Positions 48,559-58,129 of a stretch of DNA of 64,000 bases are shown piece by piece. Source of the DNA: Candidatus Obscuribacteraceae bacterium (GTDB taxonomy: Bacteria; Cyanobacteriota; Vampirovibrionia; Obscuribacterales; Obscuribacteraceae); NCBI GenBank assembly GCA_044229845.1, contig JBGASG010000001.1:352001-416000 (forward strand), read 5' to 3'. Under the pieces are notes generated by a model. It was not told where the DNA came from, made no database searches, and saw only the letters and a list, made by a program, of their open reading frames with translations. Numbering within the stretch: the first letter of the stretch is position 1; every line of letters begins with the position of its first letter. The translations under genes were made by a program, and so were the position numbers.

Positions 48559-48783
48559 ATGTCATACACCATCGTCGCAGATCTGTGCGAAGGCATTGCC
48601 GATTGCATTCCGGTCTGCCCGGTAGAGTGCATCCACTGGGCTGAGGGCAAAACCAACACCAAGGGCACAAAATACACCTATATCGATGACAGCACTTGCA
48701 TCGACTGCGGCGCCTGCTTGTCAGTGTGCCCGATCGAAGGCGCTATTCTCGATGAGTGGCAGCCCGAGTTGCAAAAGCCTTAA
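48559..48783 (+). CDS. dicluster ferredoxin, probably [3Fe-4S][4Fe-4S]
   Basis: CEGIADCIPVCP and CIDCGACLSVCP; AAGGAG before ATG 48559. Confidence 0.92.
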   Translation: MSYTIVADLCEGIADCIPVCPVECIHWAEGKTNTKGTKYTYIDDSTCIDCGACLSVCPIEGAILDEWQPELQKP

Positions 48784-48808
48784 CACCAAATACGGTGCAA
48801 TTCTTCGA

Positions 48809-48840
48809 ACACCGACTCGCAAGAGTCGGTGTTTCTTTTG
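48809..48840 (+). terminator. intrinsic terminator after the ferredoxin
   Basis: AACACCGACTC-GCAA-GAGTCGGTGTT followed by TCTTTT. Confidence 0.8.
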
Positions 48841-48890
48841 CCGGCGAAAGGGCCGCGGCACCGTATTTGGTGACAATGCTCGGTTCGACT

Positions 48891-49607
48891 CTAAAATGTG
48901 TTGCAGGACATGGCCAGTTGATGTGCTGCGCGCGTCAAGTCTCGCATGGTTGTTTCGACGTGCAGGCGCAGCTGTTCTGTTTCTTCGCCTGTCAGTTCTG
49001 ACGGTACTGGAATCGGATCACCGAACAACTGCACATAAGGCGATGACCAGTGTGGAAACATGTAGGCGTCCCAGGAGGGCAGGTTCCAGTAGTGGCGCGC
49101 CTGGCAGACGACGGGAATGATCGGCGTGCCCGACATTTGAGCCAGCCGGATCAATCCAGTCTTCACTACTTCTTTCGGTCCGCGCGGACCGTCGACATAG
49201 AAAAGTAAGTTGTTGCCTTTTTGCGCGGCATGCAACATGCCGACGCCGCCTTTGACTGCGCCATGAGCCGGCGAACCGCGAGCCGGTGTGGAGAAACCCA
49301 TGATCAAGCTGGCGCGCCCGATGATCTCGCCGTCGCGGCTGGCACTGGCGAGCCCGGTGATGATGTTGCGCCAGGGGAGAAACATACTGGCTGCCATGTG
49401 TCCGTGGTAGAGCGCGTAAAGGACCGGTTTGCGATTTTCACCGAAGAGAGCTTCTTGCGCGGCCGGACTGTACATAACTGAAGCGTTGAAGCAGCCACAC
49501 CAGAACATCGTCCCCTTGGCAGCTCCGAGCGCCAGTGAACTGATGCGCAATCGGTCGAGAGCGGGGTGGTTATTGAAGAACTGTCGCAAGCTGAAGCGTT
49601 TAGCCAT
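48891..49607 (-). CDS. DUF374 lysophospholipid acyltransferase-like protein
   Basis: SASRDGE, RGS, DGPRGP and SWD motifs. Confidence 0.85.
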   Translation of the reverse strand: MAKRFSLRQFFNNHPALDRLRISSLALGAAKGTMFWCGCFNASVMYSPAAQEALFGENRKPVLYALYHGHMAASMFLPWRNIITGLASASRDGEIIGRASLIMGFSTPARGSPAHGAVKGGVGMLHAAQKGNNLLFYVDGPRGPKEVVKTGLIRLAQMSGTPIIPVVCQARHYWNLPSWDAYMFPHWSSPYVQLFGDPIPVPSELTGEETEQLRLHVETTMRDLTRAAHQLAMSCNTF

Positions 49608-49778
49608 TGCCCTATTTTCACTTGAAAGCTGAACAGAAAGCGACGGCTGAGTGCACTTTTATGTAACGAGCCCGGTTTCGAACTGTTTCAGGAACGCCAA
49701 ATGCGCCACTGAGCCTGGCTCCGCGTGTTATCATATCGAGCTGGACAAACCGAAAATATAAGAGACGGAATCGCAGCA

Positions 49779-50045
49779 ATGCTAGACGTAGAAAGCAAAA
49801 CAGCAATCATAGAAGCAAACAAGACGGGCAACAAAGACACCGGCTCGCCTGAAGTGCAAGTGGCTCTCCTTACGGAGCGCATCACCCAGCTCACCGAGCA
49901 CCTGAGAACGCACAAGAAAGATTTCCACAGCCGTCGCGGGCTGTTGATGATGGTAGGTAAGCGGCGCCGACTGCTGCAATACCTCAACCGCGAGAATCCC
50001 ACGCGGTACCGCAACCTCATCGAAAAACTCGGATTGAGACGTTAA
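49779..50045 (+). CDS. rpsO: 30S ribosomal protein S15
   Basis: [13 protein letters not shown] and [11 protein letters not shown]. Confidence 0.98.
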   Translation: MLDVESKTAIIEANKTGNKDTGSPEVQVALLTERITQLTEHLRTHKKDFHSRRGLLMMVGKRRRLLQYLNRENPTRYRNLIEKLGLRR

Positions 50046-50050
50046 GCACT

Positions 50051-50081
50051 AAAAGAGGCGGGCTGTCTGGTCCGCCTTTTT
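50051..50081 (+). terminator. terminator-like hairpin after rpsO
   Basis: AGGCGGGC..GTCCGCCT followed by TTTT. Confidence 0.7.
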
Positions 50082-50220
50082 GCTATTTGACAATATGACA
50101 CCACCGGTGGTTGTCAAGGGCGCAAGTTAAAGACAACAAGCAGTTTTATAGAAGGGGTTGCGGAACAGGGTTCCGTGACCGTTTTCGCATCCATATTAAT
50201 GATGAGAAAAGGAAGTAGAG

Positions 50221-52383
50221 ATGGCAGTAGAAATGGACACAAAACACCAAGTCAGTTTTGAACTGGACGGAAAAGAAATCAGCTTGCGAACCGGCCGTAT
50301 GGCCAAGCAGGCAAGCGGCGCAGTGGAAGTGCGTTGCGGCGACACATATTTGTTGGTCAGTGTCACCGAAAGCAAACAACCGCGTGAAGGCATCGACTTC
50401 TTTCCGCTGTTGGTCGACTTCGAAGAGAAGCTTTACAGCGTCGGTCGCGTTCCGGGCAGTTTCACCCGTCGCGAGGGCAAACCTACCGACAAAGCCATTT
50501 TGGTCAGCCGGTTGATCGACCGCCCGATTCGTCCGCTGTTCAAAGAAGGCTACAAGAAAGATGTCATGGTAGTGGCAATCTGCATGAGCTCCGATCAGGA
50601 AAATCCGCCGGATACCCTGGCCATGCTTGGGGCTTCCTGCGCCATCGAACTGGCTGGACTGCCCTTTGCTGGACCGATCGGCGCCGTCCGCGTCGGACGG
50701 GTCAAAGGCACGCAGAAGATGATCATCAACCCGACTTACGAACAGATTGCCGAGTCGGACATGGACATCATCATTGCCGGCACCGAAAACTCGATCATGA
50801 TGGTCGAAGCCGGCTGTCAGATGGTCTCGGAGCGCGACGTGCTGGCGGCTATCGATGCCGGACACCAGGCGATTCGCAAACAAATCGAAGTGCAGAAAAA
50901 CTGGACTCGCGACCTGGGAATTCAGAAGAAAGAATTCGTCGCTCCTGAGAAGAACGAAGAGCTGGAGCAAATCATCCAGGAATATGCCACCGAAAAGTTG
51001 AAAGCTTCAATGAACGGTGTCACCGATAAAGTGGTGCGCCAGACGCTGGTCGACGAAGCGGAAGCTGCGGTGACCAATAAGATCGCTGAATACGACGAAG
51101 ACCACCCGCTGCGCGCCTTGTCCGCCAACTACATCGGCGGCGCGTTGGAAGAGTACGAAGCCAAACTGATGCGCGCCCAGGTGCTCGACACTGGCAACCG
51201 CGCCGATGGCCGCCGTTGCGATGAAATCAGACCGATTACAGTTGAGGTCGGCATTCTGCCGCGCGCTCATGGTTCGGGACTCTTCACTCGTGGTTCGACA
51301 CAGGTCTGCTCCGTGGCTACACTCGGAACGGGCATGGATGCGCAACGCCTTGACTCGGTCGATCCGGTCAAAGAAAAGAGATACATGCACCACTACAACT
51401 TCCCGTCCTATTCGGTCGGTGAAGTGAAGCCCAACCGTGGCCCCGGTCGTCGCGAAATCGGACACGGTGCTCTGGCTGAGCGCGCGATTTTGTCAGTGCT
51501 GCCGCCGGCGGAAGAGTTCCCCTACGTGTTGCGTGTGGTGTCCGAAGTTCTCGAATCCAACGGTTCAACTTCGATGGCGTCGACATGCGGTTCGAGTTTG
51601 GCTCTCATGGACGCCGGCGTGCCAATCAAGCACACAGTCGGCGGCATCGCCATGGGCTTGATTCTCGAAGGAGACCGCTTCGCGATTCTCTCCGATATTC
51701 AAGGGCTTGAAGATTTCCTTGGCGATATGGACTTCAAGGTCGCCGGCACGCGCGAGGGCATTACCGCGTTGCAGATGGACATCAAAATCGAAGGTATCTC
51801 GCTCGAAATCATGCGTGTGGCTCTTGAACAAGCTCGCCGCGGACGCATGCACATCATCGACAAAATGGAAGAGGTATTGCCGGCACACCGCGAGCAACTG
51901 TCGACGTGGGCGCCGCGCATTATCACCATCCACATTGAGCAAGACGAGATCGGCACGGTTATCGGACCCGGCGGCAAGAATATTCGCCGAATCATTGAGG
52001 AAACCGGTGCCACCATCGACATCCAGGACGACGGTACCGTCCTTATTGCCAGCGTTGAGAGCGCAGGTGGGGAGGCGGCGCGCGACTGGATCGTGCGTAT
52101 GCTGAAAAAAGTTCAGGTAGGCGGCATATATGGCGGACGCGTCACCCGCATTATTCCTGTCGGAGCCTTCGTTGAAGTGCTGCCCGGCAAGGAAGGCATG
52201 GTGCACATCTCGCAATTGGAAAACCGTCGTGTCGAGAAGGTGGAAGACAGCGTTGCGGTTGGGCAACGTGTCGTGGTCAAAGTGCGTGAAATCGACGACC
52301 GCGGCCGCGTCAATCTGACCATCAAAGGCGTCACTCCGGAAGAAAAAGAACAAGCCGAACGCGAGTCGGGCATCTCCTCGTAG
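50221..52383 (+). CDS. pnp: polyribonucleotide nucleotidyltransferase
   Basis: DFFPL, RREIGHG, SNGSTSMAS, GDMDFKVAG, KH and S1 domains. Confidence 0.98.
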   Translation: MAVEMDTKHQVSFELDGKEISLRTGRMAKQASGAVEVRCGDTYLLVSVTESKQPREGIDFFPLLVDFEEKLYSVGRVPGSFTRREGKPTDKAILVSRLIDRPIRPLFKEGYKKDVMVVAICMSSDQENPPDTLAMLGASCAIELAGLPFAGPIGAVRVGRVKGTQKMIINPTYEQIAESDMDIIIAGTENSIMMVEAGCQMVSERDVLAAIDAGHQAIRKQIEVQKNWTRDLGIQKKEFVAPEKNEELEQIIQEYATEKLKASMNGVTDKVVRQTLVDEAEAAVTNKIAEYDEDHPLRALSANYIGGALEEYEAKLMRAQVLDTGNRADGRRCDEIRPITVEVGILPRAHGSGLFTRGSTQVCSVATLGTGMDAQRLDSVDPVKEKRYMHHYNFPSYSVGEVKPNRGPGRREIGHGALAERAILSVLPPAEEFPYVLRVVSEVLESNGSTSMASTCGSSLALMDAGVPIKHTVGGIAMGLILEGDRFAILSDIQGLEDFLGDMDFKVAGTREGITALQMDIKIEGISLEIMRVALEQARRGRMHIIDKMEEVLPAHREQLSTWAPRIITIHIEQDEIGTVIGPGGKNIRRIIEETGATIDIQDDGTVLIASVESAGGEAARDWIVRMLKKVQVGGIYGGRVTRIIPVGAFVEVLPGKEGMVHISQLENRRVEKVEDSVAVGQRVVVKVREIDDRGRVNLTIKGVTPEEKEQAERESGISS

Positions 52384-52697
52384 TCCTGCCAATTTTTCCA
52401 AACAACGACTGACCAAGGTTTGTATATTGTTCAGTCGAACCAGGCTGTCCGCCGTAGCGGACAAGTATCCGACAGGCATGGCGGTGATGTCTTCTGCCGC
52501 TACAATGGTTCCTCCGAGGCTTCTCTTTGCAAGCTGATATAGTCCTGTCTGACATCGCCGTTGTCAAGGTGGAACCCGGTGGTCATGCGGGTTTGCTCTA
52601 CCTATAGATAGGATGCGAATCGAGAAATCGATGCGCGCAAAACGGACAGATATCGCGTGTTGTTTTGGCGTGCGGTTGAGCATGAGCCCTGACGAGC

Positions 52698-52728
52698 AAA
52701 AGAAAAGGGAGGGGACGAACCCCTCCCT
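52698..52728 (-). terminator. intrinsic terminator after HU
   Basis: Minus strand AGGGAGGGG-TTCGT-CCCCTCCCT followed by TTTCTTTT. Confidence 0.8.
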
Positions 52729-52751
52729 GACACTTTGAATAAAAGTGCGAA

Positions 52752-53033
52752 TTACTTGTGGGCAACGCGCTCTTTGAATTCTTTGCCGGCCGAGAAAGCA
52801 GGTACTTTCTTGGCAGGAACTTTGATCTTTTGACCCGGTTTTTGCGGGTTGTTTGTCTCACGGGCTTGACGCTCGCGACGCTCGAAGGTGCCGAAGCCGA
52901 CCAGGGTTACGCGATCGCCTTTGGCGACTGCTTCGATAACCACATCGGTCAACGAACCGAGAATTTCTTCAACGGCTTTTTTGGTGTTGTTTGTACGGGC
53001 CGCGATTTCGGCAGCGAGTTCTGCTTTATTCAC
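52752..53033 (-). CDS. hup: HU DNA-binding protein
   Basis: NKAEL, VTLVGFGTF and VPAFSAGK; GGGAGG before GTG 53033. Confidence 0.95.
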   Translation of the reverse strand: MNKAELAAEIAARTNNTKKAVEEILGSLTDVVIEAVAKGDRVTLVGFGTFERRERQARETNNPQKPGQKIKVPAKKVPAFSAGKEFKERVAHK

Positions 53034-53300
53034 AGAGATTCCTCCCACTCATCTAACATTCTTGTACTTACTTAGGACCTGGAAAACCACGTAGGGGGCA
53101 AGAATACAGCACAGCCTCGTATTTTTGAAGGTGCTACGGCATAAAATCTGTGCTTTGGAACCCAAATTCTATGCCGGTTTCGAGCCTTTTCGGTGACGTC
53201 AAAGCCCCTATCGCCCATGTATTGTACCTTGCGGCGGTTCGCGCGCCAGTAGTGTCTAGCATTCGTTAACGAAGATTGCAGTATTTAATTTCCCGAAAGG

Positions 53301-53535
53301 CTCAGCCAGCGACCCTTTTGGGGGACGTTTGTGATATGCGAAAACGCCGAAGATCCTTGTCCACCAAGGGAAAGCGGCTACCAGCGCGGTTCTTGGGGAC
53401 CGGCATGTGCACAAAATTTCGACCGCGCAAGTGCCACCACTTGCGCGCTTCTAAACCCCGAGGTTCCACCTTGCGCGTGCCGCGCCAGCCGTTGCGCGGG
53501 ACTGCAGCAGTTTGCATGTGAGAGTCGCGGCTGAG
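53301..53535. ncRNA. candidate structured RNA, family unassigned
   Basis: A 12-bp closing helix encloses several hairpins; lies in a 790-nt gap between divergent genes. Confidence 0.35.
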
Positions 53536-53826
53536 ATGCATCGAGTAGAAAGTGCAATTCATCCACACGAACTCACCCATTCCAACCGGACGGAAGCTGG
53601 TCGGCAATGTAGTTTGGACGACAAAATCACAGGAGCAGGAACGATATCTGTCGCATTTCCGCCAGTTATACCGGGGGTATCGGCGGTTGGGTCAGCCTAT
53701 GACCGGCATCTCGGTCTCGACAAATGAAGCGGCAGGGTCCGGCATCGAAATTGCCGTCCACTGCCCGATTCGGGTCACGCCTCCTGACCTGCCATCCTCC
53801 TCTAATGGTTTTATCTAAAAGGAGGT

Positions 53827-54276
53827 GTGAACCTCAGCAAGATGTGGAACAAAAGGGTTACCGAGGCTATGAGAGAAAGGTCTTTGGCAGAAACGGTAAA
53901 AGCTGCTTCTACACTCAGTGCGCGAGAACTCGCATACAAAGCAGCGAATATAGCTGAATCTAAAAAAGCCATTTCCACTCTAGTCCTCGATGTAGTAAAA
54001 GTCACGCCACTAGCGGACTTCTTTGTGATCACCGGAGGCGATTCCGTAACCCAGGTCAGAGCGATAGTCGACGCAATCGACGAGACTCTCTCCATGTACG
54101 GACTCCAACCGAGGTCTATCGAGGGCAAGCTAGAAGGACGGTGGGTCCTAATGGACTATGAATTCATCATTGTCCACGTGTTCCACCAAAAAGAGAGAGA
54201 TTACTACAAACTCGAGCAGTTCTGGAATCACGCAAATCCTGTAGAGCGGCTCGATTGGTACGACGACAACACATAG
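53827..54276 (+). CDS. rsfS: ribosome silencing factor
   Basis: ADFFVITG, QVRAI, WVLMDY and RDYYKLEQFW; start uncertain. Confidence 0.93.
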   Translation: MNLSKMWNKRVTEAMRERSLAETVKAASTLSARELAYKAANIAESKKAISTLVLDVVKVTPLADFFVITGGDSVTQVRAIVDAIDETLSMYGLQPRSIEGKLEGRWVLMDYEFIIVHVFHQKERDYYKLEQFWNHANPVERLDWYDDNT

Positions 54277-54333
54277 GCGATTGATGATTTCGCGACACGG
54301 GCATAGTCCGTTTAGCATTTCGGGGTGCACTGT

Positions 54334-55479
54334 ATGAGTTTCAGAACAAGACTTCAAGCATTCGTAGAAAGCCGTCAAAAGATTCAAATCTGGTACGGCA
54401 TGGGTTGCCACAACACGGTGACCGGACGCGTGCTCAGCGTTGACCACGACCACATCGATGTCGAGTCCTACTCGCACGAAAGCGATGGTCAAATCCACAT
54501 CCGTCGTATTTTGGTCCCGTTGCATTTGATTCTGCACATCGACATTACGTCGGCAGAGACAACGGAAGTCGAAGACGACGACGTCTCCGTCGACACCGAT
54601 CGCGTCACGCCTCCAGCGTTGACCGTAGCGGACCTCCCCGAACCGCCCCGCGGCTACGCAGTGCGCATCCTGTCGCAACTCAATTCTTCTTACTCGAACC
54701 GTTTCTCACGCATTTCTTCCGGACCCGGCGGTGTTTACTTTGCAGTAGATGGCAGCGTCTGGTTCGTCGACCACAGCGGACAACTCACCGAATACGCCCG
54801 CATCCGTGGCAACACCACAATCTCGGGACTGCGTTTCGACAAGAAAGGCATCCTGTATGTGACCACCATCCAAGGCACTGTTTACAAAATCGATCCCAAT
54901 AAGAGCGGCCGAGTTCTTGCTCAACTCGACGGCAGCCTCACCGGCGGTGGCACATTCCTGGCCGACATCGTGATCGGACCAAACGATGAAGCATACGTCT
55001 CCAACTTCCCCTCCAACACCGGCGGCGTGTTCAAAATCGAAAAAACCGGCGAATACGAAGTTCTTATCGGTGGCGCCGGCCAAGGTACACAAGGCTTGCT
55101 CGTAGATCCGGACGGCTTCCTCTGGGGTCTGGAACATGCGACCGGCTCTGTAGTCAAACGCACTCTCGATGGACGCGAGATCGCTCGCATCGCCATCGCT
55201 GAACCTGAATCGTTCAACTTCGCGGATGGTTTCGACGGCAACCTCGCCATCGACTCCCTGGGACGCATATACGTGACTGCCGGACGCGCCGGTGTCGTGT
55301 ATCGCGTCAATCGCGACGGACGCACGGACCTTTTCCTCTCTAACTTGCTCAACCCGACAGGCGTTGCCTTCGGACCCGACGGAACGCTCTTCGTTCTCGA
55401 AGCCGGACGCTCGCGAGTACTACGGGTGGTGGCACTTGATAAAGCAGACAGAACTGCTTCCGCGACAGCCCTCAGCTAA
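54334..55479 (+). CDS. small N-terminal beta-barrel-like domain fused to an SMP-30/Vgb/NHL-like beta-propeller
   Basis: GLRFDKKGILYV, LAIDSLGRIYV and PTGVAFGPDGTLFV. Confidence 0.8.
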   Translation: MSFRTRLQAFVESRQKIQIWYGMGCHNTVTGRVLSVDHDHIDVESYSHESDGQIHIRRILVPLHLILHIDITSAETTEVEDDDVSVDTDRVTPPALTVADLPEPPRGYAVRILSQLNSSYSNRFSRISSGPGGVYFAVDGSVWFVDHSGQLTEYARIRGNTTISGLRFDKKGILYVTTIQGTVYKIDPNKSGRVLAQLDGSLTGGGTFLADIVIGPNDEAYVSNFPSNTGGVFKIEKTGEYEVLIGGAGQGTQGLLVDPDGFLWGLEHATGSVVKRTLDGREIARIAIAEPESFNFADGFDGNLAIDSLGRIYVTAGRAGVVYRVNRDGRTDLFLSNLLNPTGVAFGPDGTLFVLEAGRSRVLRVVALDKADRTASATALS

Positions 55480-55511
55480 CGCGAAATCAATGGAATAATC
55501 CCGCAACTATC

Positions 55512-55538
55512 GAGAACCCGCTGAATCAGCGGGTTCTC
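55512..55538 (+). terminator. perfect hairpin, probable terminator
   Basis: GAGAACCCGCTG-AAT-CAGCGGGTTCTC. Confidence 0.6.
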
Positions 55539-55570
55539 TCCTTATTTAGAGACTGTATAGGTCGGCCGCA

Positions 55571-56071
55571 ATGCATTATCGAATCGCTATTAAGAATGGA
55601 ATCCTGGCATCACTACTTTTGATTCTCTGCCTGATGTGTTTGTCCGCTTGCGGCGGAGGCGGTGCCGGCGGTCTAGTCGGCGGCGCCGATCCATCTAAGA
55701 TGACCGAAGCGCAGAAAAACGAATTCTTCTCCCATCCCTTCAAACCAAAGTCGATCGCTATAGCGCAGCTCAACGACACGCTCGCCACCGTCGAAGCCAG
55801 CTGGCACAACGGCGTCATGAGCTATTCCCTGACACTCAGTAAAAGCCAAGAGCTAGCACAGTGGTTCACCGAAAATCCCAAGGGGCACTTCGTGATCACG
55901 TGGGAACGCGACGGCAGAACCATCGCCGGATTCGATGCACCGTTCAGCGAATTGACTACCAAAGGATCGGACTATGTATTCGCGGGCACCGACGATTGCG
56001 GCATGGACGTCTACACTGACATCTACAATAACCGCGAGTACTGGGGACTCACCTGGCAATTCGATCAGTAG
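55571..56071 (+). CDS. lipoprotein, hypothetical
   Basis: LSAC lipobox followed by a Gly-rich linker. Confidence 0.75.
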   Translation: MHYRIAIKNGILASLLLILCLMCLSACGGGGAGGLVGGADPSKMTEAQKNEFFSHPFKPKSIAIAQLNDTLATVEASWHNGVMSYSLTLSKSQELAQWFTENPKGHFVITWERDGRTIAGFDAPFSELTTKGSDYVFAGTDDCGMDVYTDIYNNREYWGLTWQFDQ

Positions 56072-56085
56072 GACGGCAACGGAAA

Positions 56086-57936
56086 CTAGCGGACGCCGGC
56101 CAGGGTTTCACTGCCCGTGTAGAGTGAGTCGATCACCGGGGCGTAACGCTCCTTCAATACGTTGCGGCGTATCTTCAAAGTGGCGGTCATCTCACCGTCG
56201 TCGACCGAGAATTCATGCGGCAGCACAGCAAAATTACGCACTTGCTCATAGTCAGCAAAATCCGACATTTTCTGGGACAGTTCTGACTTCAAATGCTTGC
56301 GCATTTGCGGCAACTTGGTCAGATCTTCGAAGTCGTCGAATTTCCAGCCATGATCACGCGCCGCTTCGACAGCCGCCTGCTCGTCCAGCGTCAGAAGCGC
56401 CACCAGCGTCTTGCGCTTGTCTCCGAAGACGACTGCCTGGCTGATCACAGGAATGTTGCGCAACGCTGTTTCGATTTTTTGTGGTGCGATATTCTTGCCC
56501 GACGCGTTCACGATCAGGTCTTTCTTGCGATCGGTGATTCGCAAATACCCGTCACGATCGACTTCACCGATGTCGCCGGTGTGGAACCAACCGTCTTCAG
56601 TAAAGGCTTCTTCGGTCAATTCCGGAGCCTTGAAATAGCCCTTGAATATCGATGGACCCTTCAGCAGAATTTCGCCGTCGTGACCGACGCGCACTTGAAT
56701 TGATGGAATGTTGGGACCGACGGTTCCGACTTTGATTCTGTCCATGCGGTTGACGTGCGTGGGGGCGGCGGTCTCGGTGAGACCGTAGCCTTCCATTACG
56801 GTAATGCCAATTGCGTTGAAGAAACGAATCACATCAGCAGTTGCCGGGGCACCACCGGTGATGACCAATCGCAAACGCGGATTGATTTTGTCGCGCAGCT
56901 TGCTGAACACAAGTTTCTCTGCCAGCAAGTGTCTGGCTTGCAAGCCCAGCCCGATGCGAGTCCCCTGAGCCCGAGCCGCCAGGTATTCGTTGCCGACATT
57001 CAGTGCCCACTCGACCAGTTTGCGTTTGCTTTCGCCGGCGCTTTCCAGGTTGGTGCGCACCTTGGCGTAGATTTTGTCCAGCAGGCGCGGCACCACCAGC
57101 ATAATGGATGGTTGAATCTCAGCCATGTTTTTAGGCATGTGCTCAAGCCCTTCCGCGAAGGACGTCACCCAGCCCACATGAATGCCGAAAAACTCGCCGC
57201 AGACCCGCTCGAAAACGTGGGATAACGGCAAGAACGCCAGGCGTTCGTCGTCTTCGGTGACATTGATGATGTCTCTGATGTCGTAGACGACGCTCAATAC
57301 ATTGTGGTGAGTCAGCATCACGCCTTTGGGCGTGCCGGTAGTACCGGACGTATAAATAATGGTCGCCAGATCTTCTGCCTGCAGCGCTTTGATACGCTCG
57401 TCGATCAGCTTGGGATGGACGCTCTTGAAGTTTCTTCCCAGCTCTTGCAGCTGGTCCAGAGTGATTACTTTGTCCGATTCGACCGCCTTCGCCGATGGTG
57501 TCATCAGAACAATCTTGTGCAGCGACGCCGGCAAATTTTGCAAAGCAAAAATCTTCTTGAGCAACTTCTCGCTTTGCACAAACAGAATCTCGGATTCGCT
57601 GTTGTGCAGGATGTGCTCGATGTCGGTGCCGGCACTGGTCGGATAAATAGGTACAGATGCCGCTCCTGCGCTCAAGATAGCCTGGTCGGCGGCCAGCCAC
57701 AAGTGCGATGTGTTGGCGATGATCGCAGCGCGACGACGCGGCTCTAGCCCGAGCGCAGCAAGTCCGTAAGACAATTCGTTGACAAGCCTGCCGAAGTCGT
57801 CCCAGCTCATGTTCTGGTAGGCACTCTTCCCTTCTTTGAAGCGAACAGCTACCTCGCTCTTAGAGCGATTCACTCGGTCAGCAAACATCGATGCCAGCGA
57901 CGTGTGCATTACTTGAAGTACCTCACTAACGCCCAA
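56086..57936 (-). CDS. long-chain fatty acid--CoA/ACP ligase
   Basis: YTSGTTGTPKG, EGYGLTET, GWFHTGDIG and DRKKD. Confidence 0.93.
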   Translation of the reverse strand: MGVSEVLQVMHTSLASMFADRVNRSKSEVAVRFKEGKSAYQNMSWDDFGRLVNELSYGLAALGLEPRRRAAIIANTSHLWLAADQAILSAGAASVPIYPTSAGTDIEHILHNSESEILFVQSEKLLKKIFALQNLPASLHKIVLMTPSAKAVESDKVITLDQLQELGRNFKSVHPKLIDERIKALQAEDLATIIYTSGTTGTPKGVMLTHHNVLSVVYDIRDIINVTEDDERLAFLPLSHVFERVCGEFFGIHVGWVTSFAEGLEHMPKNMAEIQPSIMLVVPRLLDKIYAKVRTNLESAGESKRKLVEWALNVGNEYLAARAQGTRIGLGLQARHLLAEKLVFSKLRDKINPRLRLVITGGAPATADVIRFFNAIGITVMEGYGLTETAAPTHVNRMDRIKVGTVGPNIPSIQVRVGHDGEILLKGPSIFKGYFKAPELTEEAFTEDGWFHTGDIGEVDRDGYLRITDRKKDLIVNASGKNIAPQKIETALRNIPVISQAVVFGDKRKTLVALLTLDEQAAVEAARDHGWKFDDFEDLTKLPQMRKHLKSELSQKMSDFADYEQVRNFAVLPHEFSVDDGEMTATLKIRRNVLKERYAPVIDSLYTGSETLAGVR

Positions 57937-58129
57937 CTGCTCGGCGGTCGGTCGGTCGGATAGGATCCCTTCCTCCGGACGCTGCCTAATTATAAAAGCA
58001 GGTTTTTGAGAGGAACCATCCTCTTAGATGAAACACTCATCCATTGTCGGGACCATTGTCTGAAAGCTAAGCCAGTGTTTTATTTTGGAGACGTGACCGG
58101 ACACTAAATGTTTCACATGTAATACGTTA

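Noticed and set aside
51565..52479. 304-aa ORF antisense to pnp
   Set aside because: Typical shadow frame of a codon-biased gene; the same applies to many other antisense ORFs in the track.
53049..53826. RNase P RNA, tmRNA or oriC
   Set aside because: I did not find the GAGGAAAGUCC signature, tRNA-like ends or clustered DnaA boxes by eye.
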